A DNA stretch of 62,407 nt, filler included, from Clostridia bacterium (GCA_030637025.1; 7 parts of 5 records of this genome joined end to end with filler, not necessarily neighbours in it); one strand, 5' to 3'. Positions 18,458-28,721 are shown, counted from the first letter of the whole stretch. Notes: generated by a model from the sequence alone, not told the origin. Numbers and translations are program-made.

Positions 18458-19405
18458 ATGTCAAGACCGTATCGTTTACAGGAAAAAAATAGTCTTTATC
18501 ATATTACGAGTCGCGGAGACGACAGAAAAAAAATATATCTCAGTGATTCGGATTACAAGAAATTTCTTGAATATATTTTAAAGGCAAAAGATAAGTATCA
18601 ATTTTATCTTTACGCTTATGTTTTAATGCCCAACCATTATCATCTTCTCATAGAAACCAGACAACCGAATTTATCCAGAATAATGCAATATATTAATACT
18701 TCTTATACGGTTTATTACAATATTAAGCGAAAGCGATGCGGGCATTTGTTTCAAGGGCGTTATAAGTCAATAATTGTAGATAAAGATAGTTATTTGTTGG
18801 AATTGACGAGATATATTCATTTGAATCCTTTTCGGGCAAAAAATAGCCGAAGCCATGAAAAATATAAATGGTCAAGTTATAAGGAATATATTAACAGGAA
18901 AGGAAAGGGTTATATAGATAAAGAGGAAATAAATAAATATATTAATATAAGCAAGAAACAGTATGAGAAATTTATACTTGATGGGAAGGGTAAAGAGAAA
19001 GATATTTTTAAAAATGTATATGCCGGATGTATGTTAGGAAAAGCAGAATTTATTGAGAATAGATTGAAAGATTTAAAAGGACAGGTGGAAAAAAAAGATG
19101 TTCTATATAAAAAAGAGTTAAAGAGTTGCATGGATAAAGAAGAGGTAATTAAAATAGTAGAGAGTAGATATGGGAAAGGAATAAAGGAATTATGCAAAAG
19201 GAAAACCCCTTCTATTGTAGAGAGGAAAATAACAATTTATTTAATGAAAAGATTTTTAAGTTTAACAAATAAAGAAATAGGAAAAATATTTGGGATAAGT
19301 TATTCTGCAGTATGTAAAGTTGCAAAGGATGTGGAAAGATTGATGGGGGAAAGCATTAAGTTTAATAAAGAAATTGAAAAGCTAATTTCACATTTCAAGG
19401 TCTGA
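18458..19405 (+). CDS. REP-associated tyrosine (Y1/HUH) transposase with C-terminal HTH (DnaA-C-like)
   Basis: YHITSRG, YVLMPNHYHLL (HUH), GHLFQGRYKS, YIHLNP, YKWSSY; stop codon lies inside the right end. Confidence 0.95.
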   Translation: MSRPYRLQEKNSLYHITSRGDDRKKIYLSDSDYKKFLEYILKAKDKYQFYLYAYVLMPNHYHLLIETRQPNLSRIMQYINTSYTVYYNIKRKRCGHLFQGRYKSIIVDKDSYLLELTRYIHLNPFRAKNSRSHEKYKWSSYKEYINRKGKGYIDKEEINKYINISKKQYEKFILDGKGKEKDIFKNVYAGCMLGKAEFIENRLKDLKGQVEKKDVLYKKELKSCMDKEEVIKIVESRYGKGIKELCKRKTPSIVERKITIYLMKRFLSLTNKEIGKIFGISYSAVCKVAKDVERLMGESIKFNKEIEKLISHFKV

Positions 19406-19523
19406 CCCCTCAATGGTTTTTTAGGTGTGATGAAAATCACATTGACGAGGGTAATGAGTTGGGGATATACTTATAATAGGGAGAGAGAGAAGTGTTTTTT
19501 TCGATAATAAAAGGGATAAAAAA

Positions 19524-22500
19524 ATGTTTAATAATTTGAAAAAATTTATTTTTTTCTTATGTCTTTTTTTAGTGGGGGTTTTTTTATTTTCTTCCCCTGT
19601 TTTTGCTGCTTATAGTCATCTAAAAATTGAATATTGGGACGGAATAGGCTGGGTAGAAGAAAGTAGTCTTCCGACTAATATTGATGTTACCCAGAGTATA
19701 AGTTTTGATATAAAGGTAACTGCCCGGCATGAAGATGATAGTCCCCTTATCAGTGGACAGGGTGCTTTTGCTTCAATTACCGTTAGTTGTGACAATAGTT
19801 TTAGTTCTCCTTCTTTTCCACTTACCGATAATTTGATTAACGGACAAAAAATTATAAATGTAACTTTTAATCTGGGTTCTGTTCCGGTGGGGAGTTCTTT
19901 AGTCAACTGTCATTTTGAAGTAGAGGATAGTAATGATCCGGTTGGATATGGTCATGGCCATCTCTATGTAGAACTTCATCGCTTTGTAGACCGTTTTGAT
20001 GTTACCCTGGATGCCCCGGGAGCAAAGGTAGCCGGAGCGCCTTTTAATATTACTGTTACTGCCTGGGATAGCGAAGGCAATATTGCTACTACTTTTAATG
20101 ATGATGTCGTATTAACCTGTGCCCTCGGTGATATGGATTCTACCCTGATTCAGGGGTCTAATTTTGTTAATGGTGTTGCCGGCGGTTTTACTGTTACCCT
20201 TTATGGGTCGGATCCTGTTATCCGTTTAAATACTATTTATGCTTCTAATACGGTAATGTATCCCGGACAGGGTGATTATCCCAACGGTAATACAGGATCT
20301 TTTACGGTTAATCCGGCGGCTTTTAATAAAGTCCTTCTCCTTTTTCCGGGGGAAACATTAGTTCCGGCAACTAAAGCAGGTACAGGGAAAACAGGCACTC
20401 CTAATGCACAAACAGCAGGGGTAAATTTCATCGGGGTTCGGGCGATGGCTACTGATTCTTACTGGAATCCGGTAAATGCCGGGCCTTATCCTGTGATTAC
20501 TTTTAGTTCCAGTGATACTCATGCTTTAACTTTTCTTCCGCCCCCGTTTAATATGGCCGGTCATACGGCAACCTTTAACAATATTAATCTAAAGACAGCC
20601 GGTGACCAGTGGGTAAGGGTGAAGGAAAATATTAGGAATAGTACCAGCACTTCTTATCCTGTCCAGATTAATGGTGGATCTTATAATCGTTTTGAATTTG
20701 ATCCGATTACTGCTCAATATACCACCACTCCTTTTGTCGTTACGGTTACTGCTTATGACCAATATGATAATATTGTTACCTCTTATAATAAAATAAATGT
20801 TCCACTTAAATCTACTACTGATTTAATCGACCCTGACGGTGCTACGGTTACCCCCAACACCTTAGATTTTTTCGGTGGTATAGCCAGTCGGTCTATCAGT
20901 GTTACCAGGGCAGGAGGGCCCGGTTCACATCTTACTGTTACAGATCCGGATGATGCAACATTTGTAGACAGTAATAATTTTCAAATATTTCATGGAGCTT
21001 TTACTACCCTTTTAGTGCTTTTTAACGGTGAAGACCAACATTCGGGTATTGCTCCCGGAAGAACCGGTGTTCCTGTTGATTATGTAGTAGCCGGTGATAC
21101 GGTAACTCTGACGGTTATTGCTACAGATGACTTATGGAATACTATTAGCGACGGTTCTGCCGGGTTACCCATAACGATTTCTTCGGACACGGGTTATATA
21201 AAATCACTGGATGACGGTAAAATTCTACCGGTGGTAGGATTTGATACTTATAATGTAGTATTTTTAACGACTGCCGAAAATATTTATCCTTATGCGGCAG
21301 AAGCTCAAAAGGTTACTGCGGCTACCGGGCCGGTACCGGATATCAGGGGTAATAGTAATTATATTACTGTTCATCCCCAGCCTACACCTTATAAAAAATT
21401 AGTGCTTATTGCTCCGGGAGAAAATTTAGATCCGGGAACACCTACCGAACCTGATGGAAAAACCGGTCTTCCTTCTTCCCTGCAAGCTACGGATCCTTTT
21501 GATTTAAAAGTGGTGACTGTAGATAAATACTGGAATCCGGTAGAAACAGGCCCTTATCCTACAGTACTATTTACTTCCTCGGATGGATCTCTCAATGTTA
21601 ATTTACCGGTAGGAAATCAGGTAATAGGTAGTGCGGTAGAAAAATTTCCGGGTAATTGTTTGGATACCTTAGGATGGCAGTGGATAAAAATAGAAGATGT
21701 GGGAGACGGTACCAAATTCGATATTGTAGTCGTTGAAGTTGTACATGGCCCTCTGGATAATTTTTATTTTTCTAATGTAGCCAGTTTACAAAAAATAGGT
21801 GTTTCTTTTAATTTACAAATTATTGCCAGAGATGGAGCAGGAAAAAAAGTAGCCAGTTATAATAATGCAATTAATTTAAATTGTAATACCGGTGCCGGCA
21901 CTTATACTCCCGCTAATATTACTTTTAGCGGGGGCGAATGGAGTGGGGTGGTAACTATTAATCAAGCAGGTTCCGGAGTTCAGCTTTCTTGCAGTGATTC
22001 AGGTGCTTCAGGGCAGAGTAACTTTTTTACTGTGGAAGCAGGTGACTATAGCAATTTACTTGTTATTTTACCTGATGAAACGCAAACCCCGGGAGTTGCT
22101 CCCGGAAAATCCGGCGTAGTTGCCGTCAGAAATGCCGGAGATTCTGTTTTTGCTACGGTTTTAGCTGTAGATGACCAGTGGAATACAGTGGCTACGGTAG
22201 CTCCCACCATTAATTTATCTACTACCGGACATTCTGAAATACCCATAAATAATATCGCTCTTAGTAACGGACAAGGTATTTTTGAGATTAAATTTAGAAG
22301 TGCCGGAGTACAAATAGTTACTGTACAGGATGTTAATCAGGTAGTAATTACCAGTACCAGTACTATTACTATTAATCCCGGTAATTATAGTAAGTTACAA
22401 ATAATTGTCCCCGGAGAAGCTCCCGACCCGGGTGGTTGGGAAGTAGACGGTAAAACAGGTGACCCGATTAATCAAAGGACAGGTGTAGGTTTTCCTGTTC

Positions 22501-25232
22501 AGGTATTAGCTGTAGATGATTATTGGAATCAGGTTGTTTCTATTAACGGTGGACAGGTACATTTGTCTTCCAGCGATGGTTCTTTAGTTTCTCCGGAGCA
22601 GGATTTTGCTTATGTGGGTGGAATTTGTAATATGCAGGTTTTTTTAGGAAATTCAGGTTTGATCGGAGTAACTGCTAATGATTTAGGTTATTTAGGCAAG
22701 ACATCGCAAACAGTGAATATTGTTTTGGATAAGGGTTATATCTATGAAGTAGTTACCCCGGCCGGTGCTGTATCCGGACAAGCCGGAGTGGGACCTTATT
22801 TTAATACAACTGTACGTTTAGTAGACCCGGATTTTCCTGGTGTTCCTATAGCCGGAGAAAGTCCTACTGTTACCCTTATTCCTTTCCTGGCTAATCATGA
22901 CCCGGCCGGTGGAAATTTAGGCATTACCACGGCTACGCTAACCAACGGAGAAATTATAATTGGTAATCAGTCTTACGATATAGCCGAAGATATTTGTATT
23001 AAAGTCGTAGACAGTTGTGCGCGGGAAAAATTTAGCGGACCTATTCATATGGTGGCCAGTGCATTGGAATATAAGGTAATTGTACCTGCTCAAGCTACGG
23101 TAGGCCCACCTAATTACTTTTCAATTACAGTGGAATTAAGGGATACGATTACGGGAAATCTTGTACCGGCGGCAACAGATAGAGAAATAGATTTAGTAAT
23201 TTATTCTACAGCCAGCGGTATTCCGGGTACGGGCGTAACCGGTGTTTCTAAAGTAACTATTACTAAAGGGGAAAGTCATGCCACCATTCAGGAAAGCTAT
23301 ACTAAAGCAGAAGATGTTTATATTATTGTATCTGATGTAGATTTAGTGGTGGGGACCAGTAATACTTTTACTATGGCTCCGGATGAATATAAGCGATTAC
23401 AGATTGTTTCTTCCGGAGAAACGGTAGAGCCGGGTATTCCCAGTCAGACCGGTAAAATAGGTGTACCTAATTCCTGGCAGGCAGGAATTTCTTTTCCGGT
23501 TACGGTAAGGGCGGTAGATCAATACTGGAATTTAAGTGATTTTTCCGAAGGGAAAATACATTTGGTTTCCAGTGATGGTTCTTTAACCGATGTCAATCCT
23601 TCCAATCAAGATGCTTCTTTTGTCAGTGGGATGATTTCTTTTATTATTACTATTCATACTCCCGGGGATATAAAAGTTACTGCTTCCGATCTGGATAATC
23701 CTCTAAAAACTCCCCAGTCAGTAGATATTCCTGTATCTTTTGCCGTCTATAATATTGTTACCCCGGCAAATGCTTCTACCAGTGGAAATTTCACGATGCT
23801 TATTAATCTGGTAGATGGAAATTCCGGGGCACTTATTATCGCTGACCATACTTTTACCCTTACACCTCTGAAAGCAAATCGTCAACCGGCAGAAGGGATT
23901 TTAGGAGTAACCGATAGTGCCGTAGTTTCCGGGCAGGTTACTATTGCCGGTCAAAATTACAATTTAGTAGAGGATATTTGTATTAAATTAGTAGATGATT
24001 ATGGAAGGGTATCTTATAGTGATGTAATTCATATGCAGAGCAGTACTTTACAATATGAAGTTATTGTTCCCACTCATGTTCCGGTAGGGCCGCCGGAGAG
24101 TTTTGAATTGATTATAAATTTAAGAGATGCAAGTACCGGAAACCTGGTTACCAGCATGGATCATCAAGTGAGAATAAATGCTTATGAATTAATGGGAATG
24201 CCGGCTACCGGCAGTCTGGCTGTAAGTACCGCCCTTTTAGCGGGAGGTACTGCGGTTATTGCTCAGTCCTATGATAAAATAGAAAGTATTTATATTAAAG
24301 TTTGGGATCCGGTAGCAGTAGTAAATGATGGAATATCCTCTAATATTTTAGTAGTAGCGGGTAAAGAGGTTGATATAAGTTTAACGGTAGCCGGCTTTTT
24401 GGAAGCAGGGCAAACAACCCCGGTAATAGTTACTCTGAAAGATGCTCACGGAAATATAGCCAGTGATATTCAGGTAAATTTTAAGATACGGGGACAAGGA
24501 AGTTTAGATGTCGAATATGATTTTACCGATTCTTTAGGTGAGGCAACCTGTATGCTTACCTGTGATCAATATGCACAAGACGGGACAATTTTACTGGAAG
24601 CTTATACCGTTAATATAAATAAGGCATCAAATGTTGAAGTATATGGTGTTCCTGTTACTACTTTAAAGATGAGAGGGGTACATACAGAGGTAGAAGATTT
24701 TATTTATGCTAAACCGGAGACCTCTTTTGCCTTTACTGCAGAATCCCGGATAGGCATAGATACTATTTATTATCAGATAGATGGGGCGATATGGCAGGTG
24801 TATACGGAAGAATTTTCAATTTCAGAGGTAGGAATACACACCATTTGTTATTATGCAGTGGATGTTAATAGTCACAGTGAAGCAGTGAAAACCAGTAAGA
24901 AAATTCAGATTAGTAAGTCTACTGCTTTTTTGGAGGAAGGAAAAGCGATTAATTATCCCAATCCTTTCCGGGCAGGAAAGGAACCTACATTTATTGAATA
25001 TAATCTTGATGCTCCTTCATCGGTAACCGTTATTATTTATGATCTCTTAGGACAGGTTGTCTGGAAAAAGAGTTTTAGTGAAGGAGAAAACGGTGGCAGT
25101 TTAATCAATAATGTCGTATGGTGGGGAAGAAATGGATTATCAGAGGTGGTAAGTAACGGTGGATATATCTGCCGTATTTATATACAAAAAGAGAAGAGGG
25201 CAATAATTAGAAAAATTGCCGTAGTGAAATAA
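19524..25232 (+). CDS. Giant secreted repetitive Ig-like surface protein with C-terminal FlgD-Ig/T9SS-CTD-like domain
   Basis: Signal peptide (VFA-A), G/T/V/P-rich internal repeats, C-term NYPNPF..IIYDLLG..WWGRN..SNGGY..IAVVK. Confidence 0.85.
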   Translation: MFNNLKKFIFFLCLFLVGVFLFSSPVFAAYSHLKIEYWDGIGWVEESSLPTNIDVTQSISFDIKVTARHEDDSPLISGQGAFASITVSCDNSFSSPSFPLTDNLINGQKIINVTFNLGSVPVGSSLVNCHFEVEDSNDPVGYGHGHLYVELHRFVDRFDVTLDAPGAKVAGAPFNITVTAWDSEGNIATTFNDDVVLTCALGDMDSTLIQGSNFVNGVAGGFTVTLYGSDPVIRLNTIYASNTVMYPGQGDYPNGNTGSFTVNPAAFNKVLLLFPGETLVPATKAGTGKTGTPNAQTAGVNFIGVRAMATDSYWNPVNAGPYPVITFSSSDTHALTFLPPPFNMAGHTATFNNINLKTAGDQWVRVKENIRNSTSTSYPVQINGGSYNRFEFDPITAQYTTTPFVVTVTAYDQYDNIVTSYNKINVPLKSTTDLIDPDGATVTPNTLDFFGGIASRSISVTRAGGPGSHLTVTDPDDATFVDSNNFQIFHGAFTTLLVLFNGEDQHSGIAPGRTGVPVDYVVAGDTVTLTVIATDDLWNTISDGSAGLPITISSDTGYIKSLDDGKILPVVGFDTYNVVFLTTAENIYPYAAEAQKVTAATGPVPDIRGNSNYITVHPQPTPYKKLVLIAPGENLDPGTPTEPDGKTGLPSSLQATDPFDLKVVTVDKYWNPVETGPYPTVLFTSSDGSLNVNLPVGNQVIGSAVEKFPGNCLDTLGWQWIKIEDVGDGTKFDIVVVEVVHGPLDNFYFSNVASLQKIGVSFNLQIIARDGAGKKVASYNNAINLNCNTGAGTYTPANITFSGGEWSGVVTINQAGSGVQLSCSDSGASGQSNFFTVEAGDYSNLLVILPDETQTPGVAPGKSGVVAVRNAGDSVFATVLAVDDQWNTVATVAPTINLSTTGHSEIPINNIALSNGQGIFEIKFRSAGVQIVTVQDVNQVVITSTSTITINPGNYSKLQIIVPGEAPDPGGWEVDGKTGDPINQRTGVGFPVQVLAVDDYWNQVVSINGGQVHLSSSDGSLVSPEQDFAYVGGICNMQVFLGNSGLIGVTANDLGYLGKTSQTVNIVLDKGYIYEVVTPAGAVSGQAGVGPYFNTTVRLVDPDFPGVPIAGESPTVTLIPFLANHDPAGGNLGITTATLTNGEIIIGNQSYDIAEDICIKVVDSCAREKFSGPIHMVASALEYKVIVPAQATVGPPNYFSITVELRDTITGNLVPAATDREIDLVIYSTASGIPGTGVTGVSKVTITKGESHATIQESYTKAEDVYIIVSDVDLVVGTSNTFTMAPDEYKRLQIVSSGETVEPGIPSQTGKIGVPNSWQAGISFPVTVRAVDQYWNLSDFSEGKIHLVSSDGSLTDVNPSNQDASFVSGMISFIITIHTPGDIKVTASDLDNPLKTPQSVDIPVSFAVYNIVTPANASTSGNFTMLINLVDGNSGALIIADHTFTLTPLKANRQPAEGILGVTDSAVVSGQVTIAGQNYNLVEDICIKLVDDYGRVSYSDVIHMQSSTLQYEVIVPTHVPVGPPESFELIINLRDASTGNLVTSMDHQVRINAYELMGMPATGSLAVSTALLAGGTAVIAQSYDKIESIYIKVWDPVAVVNDGISSNILVVAGKEVDISLTVAGFLEAGQTTPVIVTLKDAHGNIASDIQVNFKIRGQGSLDVEYDFTDSLGEATCMLTCDQYAQDGTILLEAYTVNINKASNVEVYGVPVTTLKMRGVHTEVEDFIYAKPETSFAFTAESRIGIDTIYYQIDGAIWQVYTEEFSISEVGIHTICYYAVDVNSHSEAVKTSKKIQISKSTAFLEEGKAINYPNPFRAGKEPTFIEYNLDAPSSVTVIIYDLLGQVVWKKSFSEGENGGSLINNVVWWGRNGLSEVVSNGGYICRIYIQKEKRAIIRKIAVVK

Positions 25233-25329
25233 AAAAGACGGTTAAAAAACAGTTGAATTGGTTTAGATTTGTTTTATTGGTTAAAGGATAAAAGATATAA
25301 AGACGGTTAAAAGACAAAAGACAGAGAAT

Positions 25330-25355
25330 AGATTCCTGTTTGCACAGGAATGACA
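25330..25355. repeat. Single REP-like hairpin of the GGAATGAC family
   Basis: AGATTCCTGTTTGCACAGGAATGACA. Confidence 0.65.
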
Positions 25356-25451
25356 AAATAAGGACAAAGAAAAAGACAAAATACTGAATTTAAAATTTGA
25401 ACTTTACTGAATACTAAATTTAAAATTTAAAATTTGCTGGGGTGAAAAAAT

Positions 25452-26683
25452 ATGGAAAGAAAAACATTAATCATTACTTTTAGTCTTGTTATTATGATAA
25501 TGGCTAAAGGGATGGTTTTAAGTAAAAACTATTACGGCCAGCCAAATGATTATTTACAATACGGGGTAGGAGCCCGGGCATTAGCTATGGGAGGGGCTTA
25601 TAGCGGATTAGCCAATGAAGCCAGTGCCGGATATTGGAATCCGGCAGGATTAGCATTGATGGATGAGTTTGAAATCAGCAGTATGTACGCTTCTTTTTTC
25701 GAAGGGACAAGTTTAAATTTCATAGCTTCGGCGCATCCTTTAGGCCCGAAGATAGGAACTTTTGCCATAACCGATGTATTACTTTATTCGGGAGGATTTG
25801 AAGAAAGAGATTACTTAAACAATTTAATTAGTGATGATGAATCTATAGTGCATAACACCATAATTTGTTCCTATGCCAGGAAGATGGGCAGGGTATGTGC
25901 CGGAATAAATTTAAAATTAGTACAGGAAAAAGATATGGGTTATGCCGGCAGCGGATATGGATTTGATTTAGGGGGGATGTATCAATTTTCTTCGGTATTG
26001 AGGGTGGGAATGATGCTGGCTAATATAGTACAGCCGCGAATAATTTTAAGGGAAGAAGAAAATATATATAAAATGAATTTCAAAGGCGGTGTATCGATGG
26101 AGCCGTTTAAAGATAAAATAACAATGACAATAGATGCCAACAGATTGGAAGGGGAGGACGTCTATTATTGTGGGGGGATGGAAATATCCCCGTGGGGGAA
26201 GTTAGTGCATTTCAGGGTAGGATTAAATCATTTAAGTGAGATTACTTATGGTTTAGGGGTAAGCAGGGGCCCGGTAGGGATAGATTACGGATATAGCGGG
26301 CATGAGAGTTTAGGTGATTTACACCGTGTAAGTTTTAGTTTGAAATGGTTTAATTTATACAGAGGTAAAGCAGTACCGAAGTTAAAGAAAAAAGGACAGG
26401 GTAAGGGAGAATATGTCCTGGAAGGTTTGCATAATGAATTGCAGTTTGAAATAGGAGAATTACGGTTTGAAGCAAGGATGTGGAGTTTAGAAATAACCGA
26501 TGAACTGGATGGGGAGGTTAGAAATATAAAAGGAGAACATCGACCGCCGAAGATGGTAATCTGGGATATGAAAGATGATGCGGGCCGGCCGGTAAAAGAA
26601 GGGTTATACCATTATAAATTCAGGGTATTATATAAAGACGATAAAGAGTGGGTAGAAAAAGGTAAAGTAAATGTACGCTTTAG
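25452..26683 (+). CDS. PorV/UPF0164-like beta-barrel plus FlgD-like domain (3' truncated)
   Basis: GARALAMGGAY..YWNPAGLA; later WDMKDDAGRPVKEGLY. Confidence 0.82.
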
Positions 26684-26783
26684 NNNNNNNNNNNNNNNNN
26701 NNNNNNNNNNNNNNNNNNNNNNNNNNNTTAATTAATTAANNNNNNNNNNNNNNNNNNNNNNNNNNNNNNNNNNNNNNNNNNNN
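26684..26783. other. Artificial contig spacer
   Basis: N44-TTAATTAATTAA-N44. Confidence 0.98.
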
Positions 26784-27094
26784 CGGTTTACTTTTTCCGT
26801 TTCGAATCTTAAAACCCTGGTACAAAAGGAATGAAAGGTAGACATCCATATTCCCGAAGCACCTGCTCCGATCAACTTATTTATCCTTTCCTGCATTTGT
26901 TTAGCCGCTTTATTAGTAAAAGTAACTGCCAATATATTCCACGGTGAAACTCCGCTGTTTATTAAATAAGCAATACGACAAATAATTACCCTGGTTTTTC
27001 CCGAGCCGGCACCGGCGGAAATTAATAAAGGCCCTTCTTTATGTTCTACTGCCAGGCGTTGTACAGTATTTAATTTATCCAAAAAATCATTCAT
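26784..27094 (-). CDS. pcrA: UvrD/PcrA helicase (5' fragment)
   Basis: [28 protein letters not shown]. Confidence 0.92.
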
Positions 27095-27135
27095 CTATTG
27101 AATCCTTTTTTCGTTATACCCATAAAAAACAACTT

Positions 27136-28692
27136 TTATTCAGTTATGGAAAAGTAAACTAATTGTCCTCTCCTGTTTATATCCAGAACAATCCCCTTAG
27201 ATAATTTTGCTTTTTTATTTACCCGGTTAAATGCCTCTATATTGGGTACAGGATTTCGGTTTATACTGCGAATGCAATCGCCCTGTAATAAACCTGCTTC
27301 GTCTAAAATACTTCCGGGTTCTATCTCTACAATAACTACTCCCTGTTCATCAGAGGATAAACCTAATCTCTGAATTAATAACGGGGTTAAGGTTTTTACT
27401 TTTATTCCCATCCAGGCTTTAGAGATGTTTTGTTCTACAGGTGAAGATTCCTCCTGATGAATTACCTCTTCTTCCCCGGGAACATCCGGCATTTCTTCGG
27501 TTACGATTTGCAATTTTTTCTCTTTCATATCTCGCATTACTTTTACTTTGACTTTTTTATTGGGTGCAGTCAGACCTACTATCTCCTGCAAGCTAAGGGA
27601 ATCTTTTACTTTCTTACCATCAAATTCCAGAATAATATCTCCCCTCTTGAGCCCCCCTTTTTCCGCAGGGGTATTAGCAAACACCTTATTGACTAACGCC
27701 CCTTCTTTTTTCTTTAACCCGAAATGTTGGACAATGGCTTCATCTACCGGCCTTATTTCCACACCTAACCAGCCGCGAATTACTTTACCTTTATGAATTA
27801 AATCATCCAATATTTCTTTAGCTCTGTTAATGGGAATAGCAAATCCTACTCCCACAAATCCACCCATAGGTGCATAAATAGCCGTATTAATCCCTATCAC
27901 TTTCCCTTCTATATTTACTAAAGGCCCACCGCTGTTACCTTGATTTATCGCGGCATCAGTTTGAATTAATTCTTTATAAGTTCTCTTTTCGATAGCTACG
28001 CTTTGCCTTATGGCACTCACTATTCCGGCAGTAACCGTTTGCTCTAAACCAAAAGGAGACCCTACAGCCAAAACCCAATTTCCTACCTTTATTTTATCCG
28101 AATCCCCTAAAACAGCTACCGGCAATTTTCTGCTAGATTTTATTTTCACTATGGCTAAATCTAAGCGGTCATCTTTACCAATTACCTTGCCTTTATACTG
28201 ATGACCGTCATCTCCGCTTAAAGTAACTTTTATCTCGCCGGCATCTTTTACTACATGATAATTAGTCAAAATATATCCTTTAGCATCAATAATTACTCCC
28301 GAACCCGTAGCCCCGAATTTACGGTATTGTTTTTTCTGGGGCGGGGCTTTCGGCTGACCGTGAAAATCACGGAAAAATTGCTCAAAAGGATCTCCGAAGT
28401 GAAATTCGTAGTAAGGTGTTTTTTGCTCTACCAAATGAACAGCACTAATATTAACTACCGCCGGTTTTACTAAATCAGCTACCCTTACAAAAGAATCCTG
28501 AAGATTTTTTATTACAGGAGAAACCGCAATAGCCGTCTTTTCAGAATCACCGGCTACCTTTTGTTTGGCTATACATAGAGAAGAAGAACCATTATTAGTT
28601 AATCTTAAAAAAACAAAAACACAAATAAAAACAATTATCCCTAATAGTACTGATTTCCTTGTTTTCACATTTAACCAACTTATTTTTTTCAT
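27136..28692 (-). CDS. degP: Do/DegQ family serine protease with two PDZ domains
   Basis: TNYHVV, IQTDAAINQGNSGGPL, RGWLGV. Confidence 0.93.
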   Translation of the reverse strand: MKKISWLNVKTRKSVLLGIIVFICVFVFLRLTNNGSSSLCIAKQKVAGDSEKTAIAVSPVIKNLQDSFVRVADLVKPAVVNISAVHLVEQKTPYYEFHFGDPFEQFFRDFHGQPKAPPQKKQYRKFGATGSGVIIDAKGYILTNYHVVKDAGEIKVTLSGDDGHQYKGKVIGKDDRLDLAIVKIKSSRKLPVAVLGDSDKIKVGNWVLAVGSPFGLEQTVTAGIVSAIRQSVAIEKRTYKELIQTDAAINQGNSGGPLVNIEGKVIGINTAIYAPMGGFVGVGFAIPINRAKEILDDLIHKGKVIRGWLGVEIRPVDEAIVQHFGLKKKEGALVNKVFANTPAEKGGLKRGDIILEFDGKKVKDSLSLQEIVGLTAPNKKVKVKVMRDMKEKKLQIVTEEMPDVPGEEEVIHQEESSPVEQNISKAWMGIKVKTLTPLLIQRLGLSSDEQGVVIVEIEPGSILDEAGLLQGDCIRSINRNPVPNIEAFNRVNKKAKLSKGIVLDINRRGQLVYFSITE

Positions 28693-28721
28693 TTTTCTTC
28701 CTCCTTATTTTTACATTTTTT

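Larger units (their letters stand above)
18395..19409. mobile_element. RAYT-type element bounded by 28-bp inverted repeats
   Basis: GGGGTCAGACCTTGAAATGTGAATTTAG (18395-18422) vs reverse complement of 19382-19409, 27/28 identical. Confidence 0.9.

Noticed and set aside
14389-19409. 28-36-bp repeats as a CRISPR array or integron attC sites
   Set aside because: Spacing is about 2 kb with whole genes between, there are no cas genes or tyrosine integrase, and no attC RYYYAAC/GTTRRRY structure.
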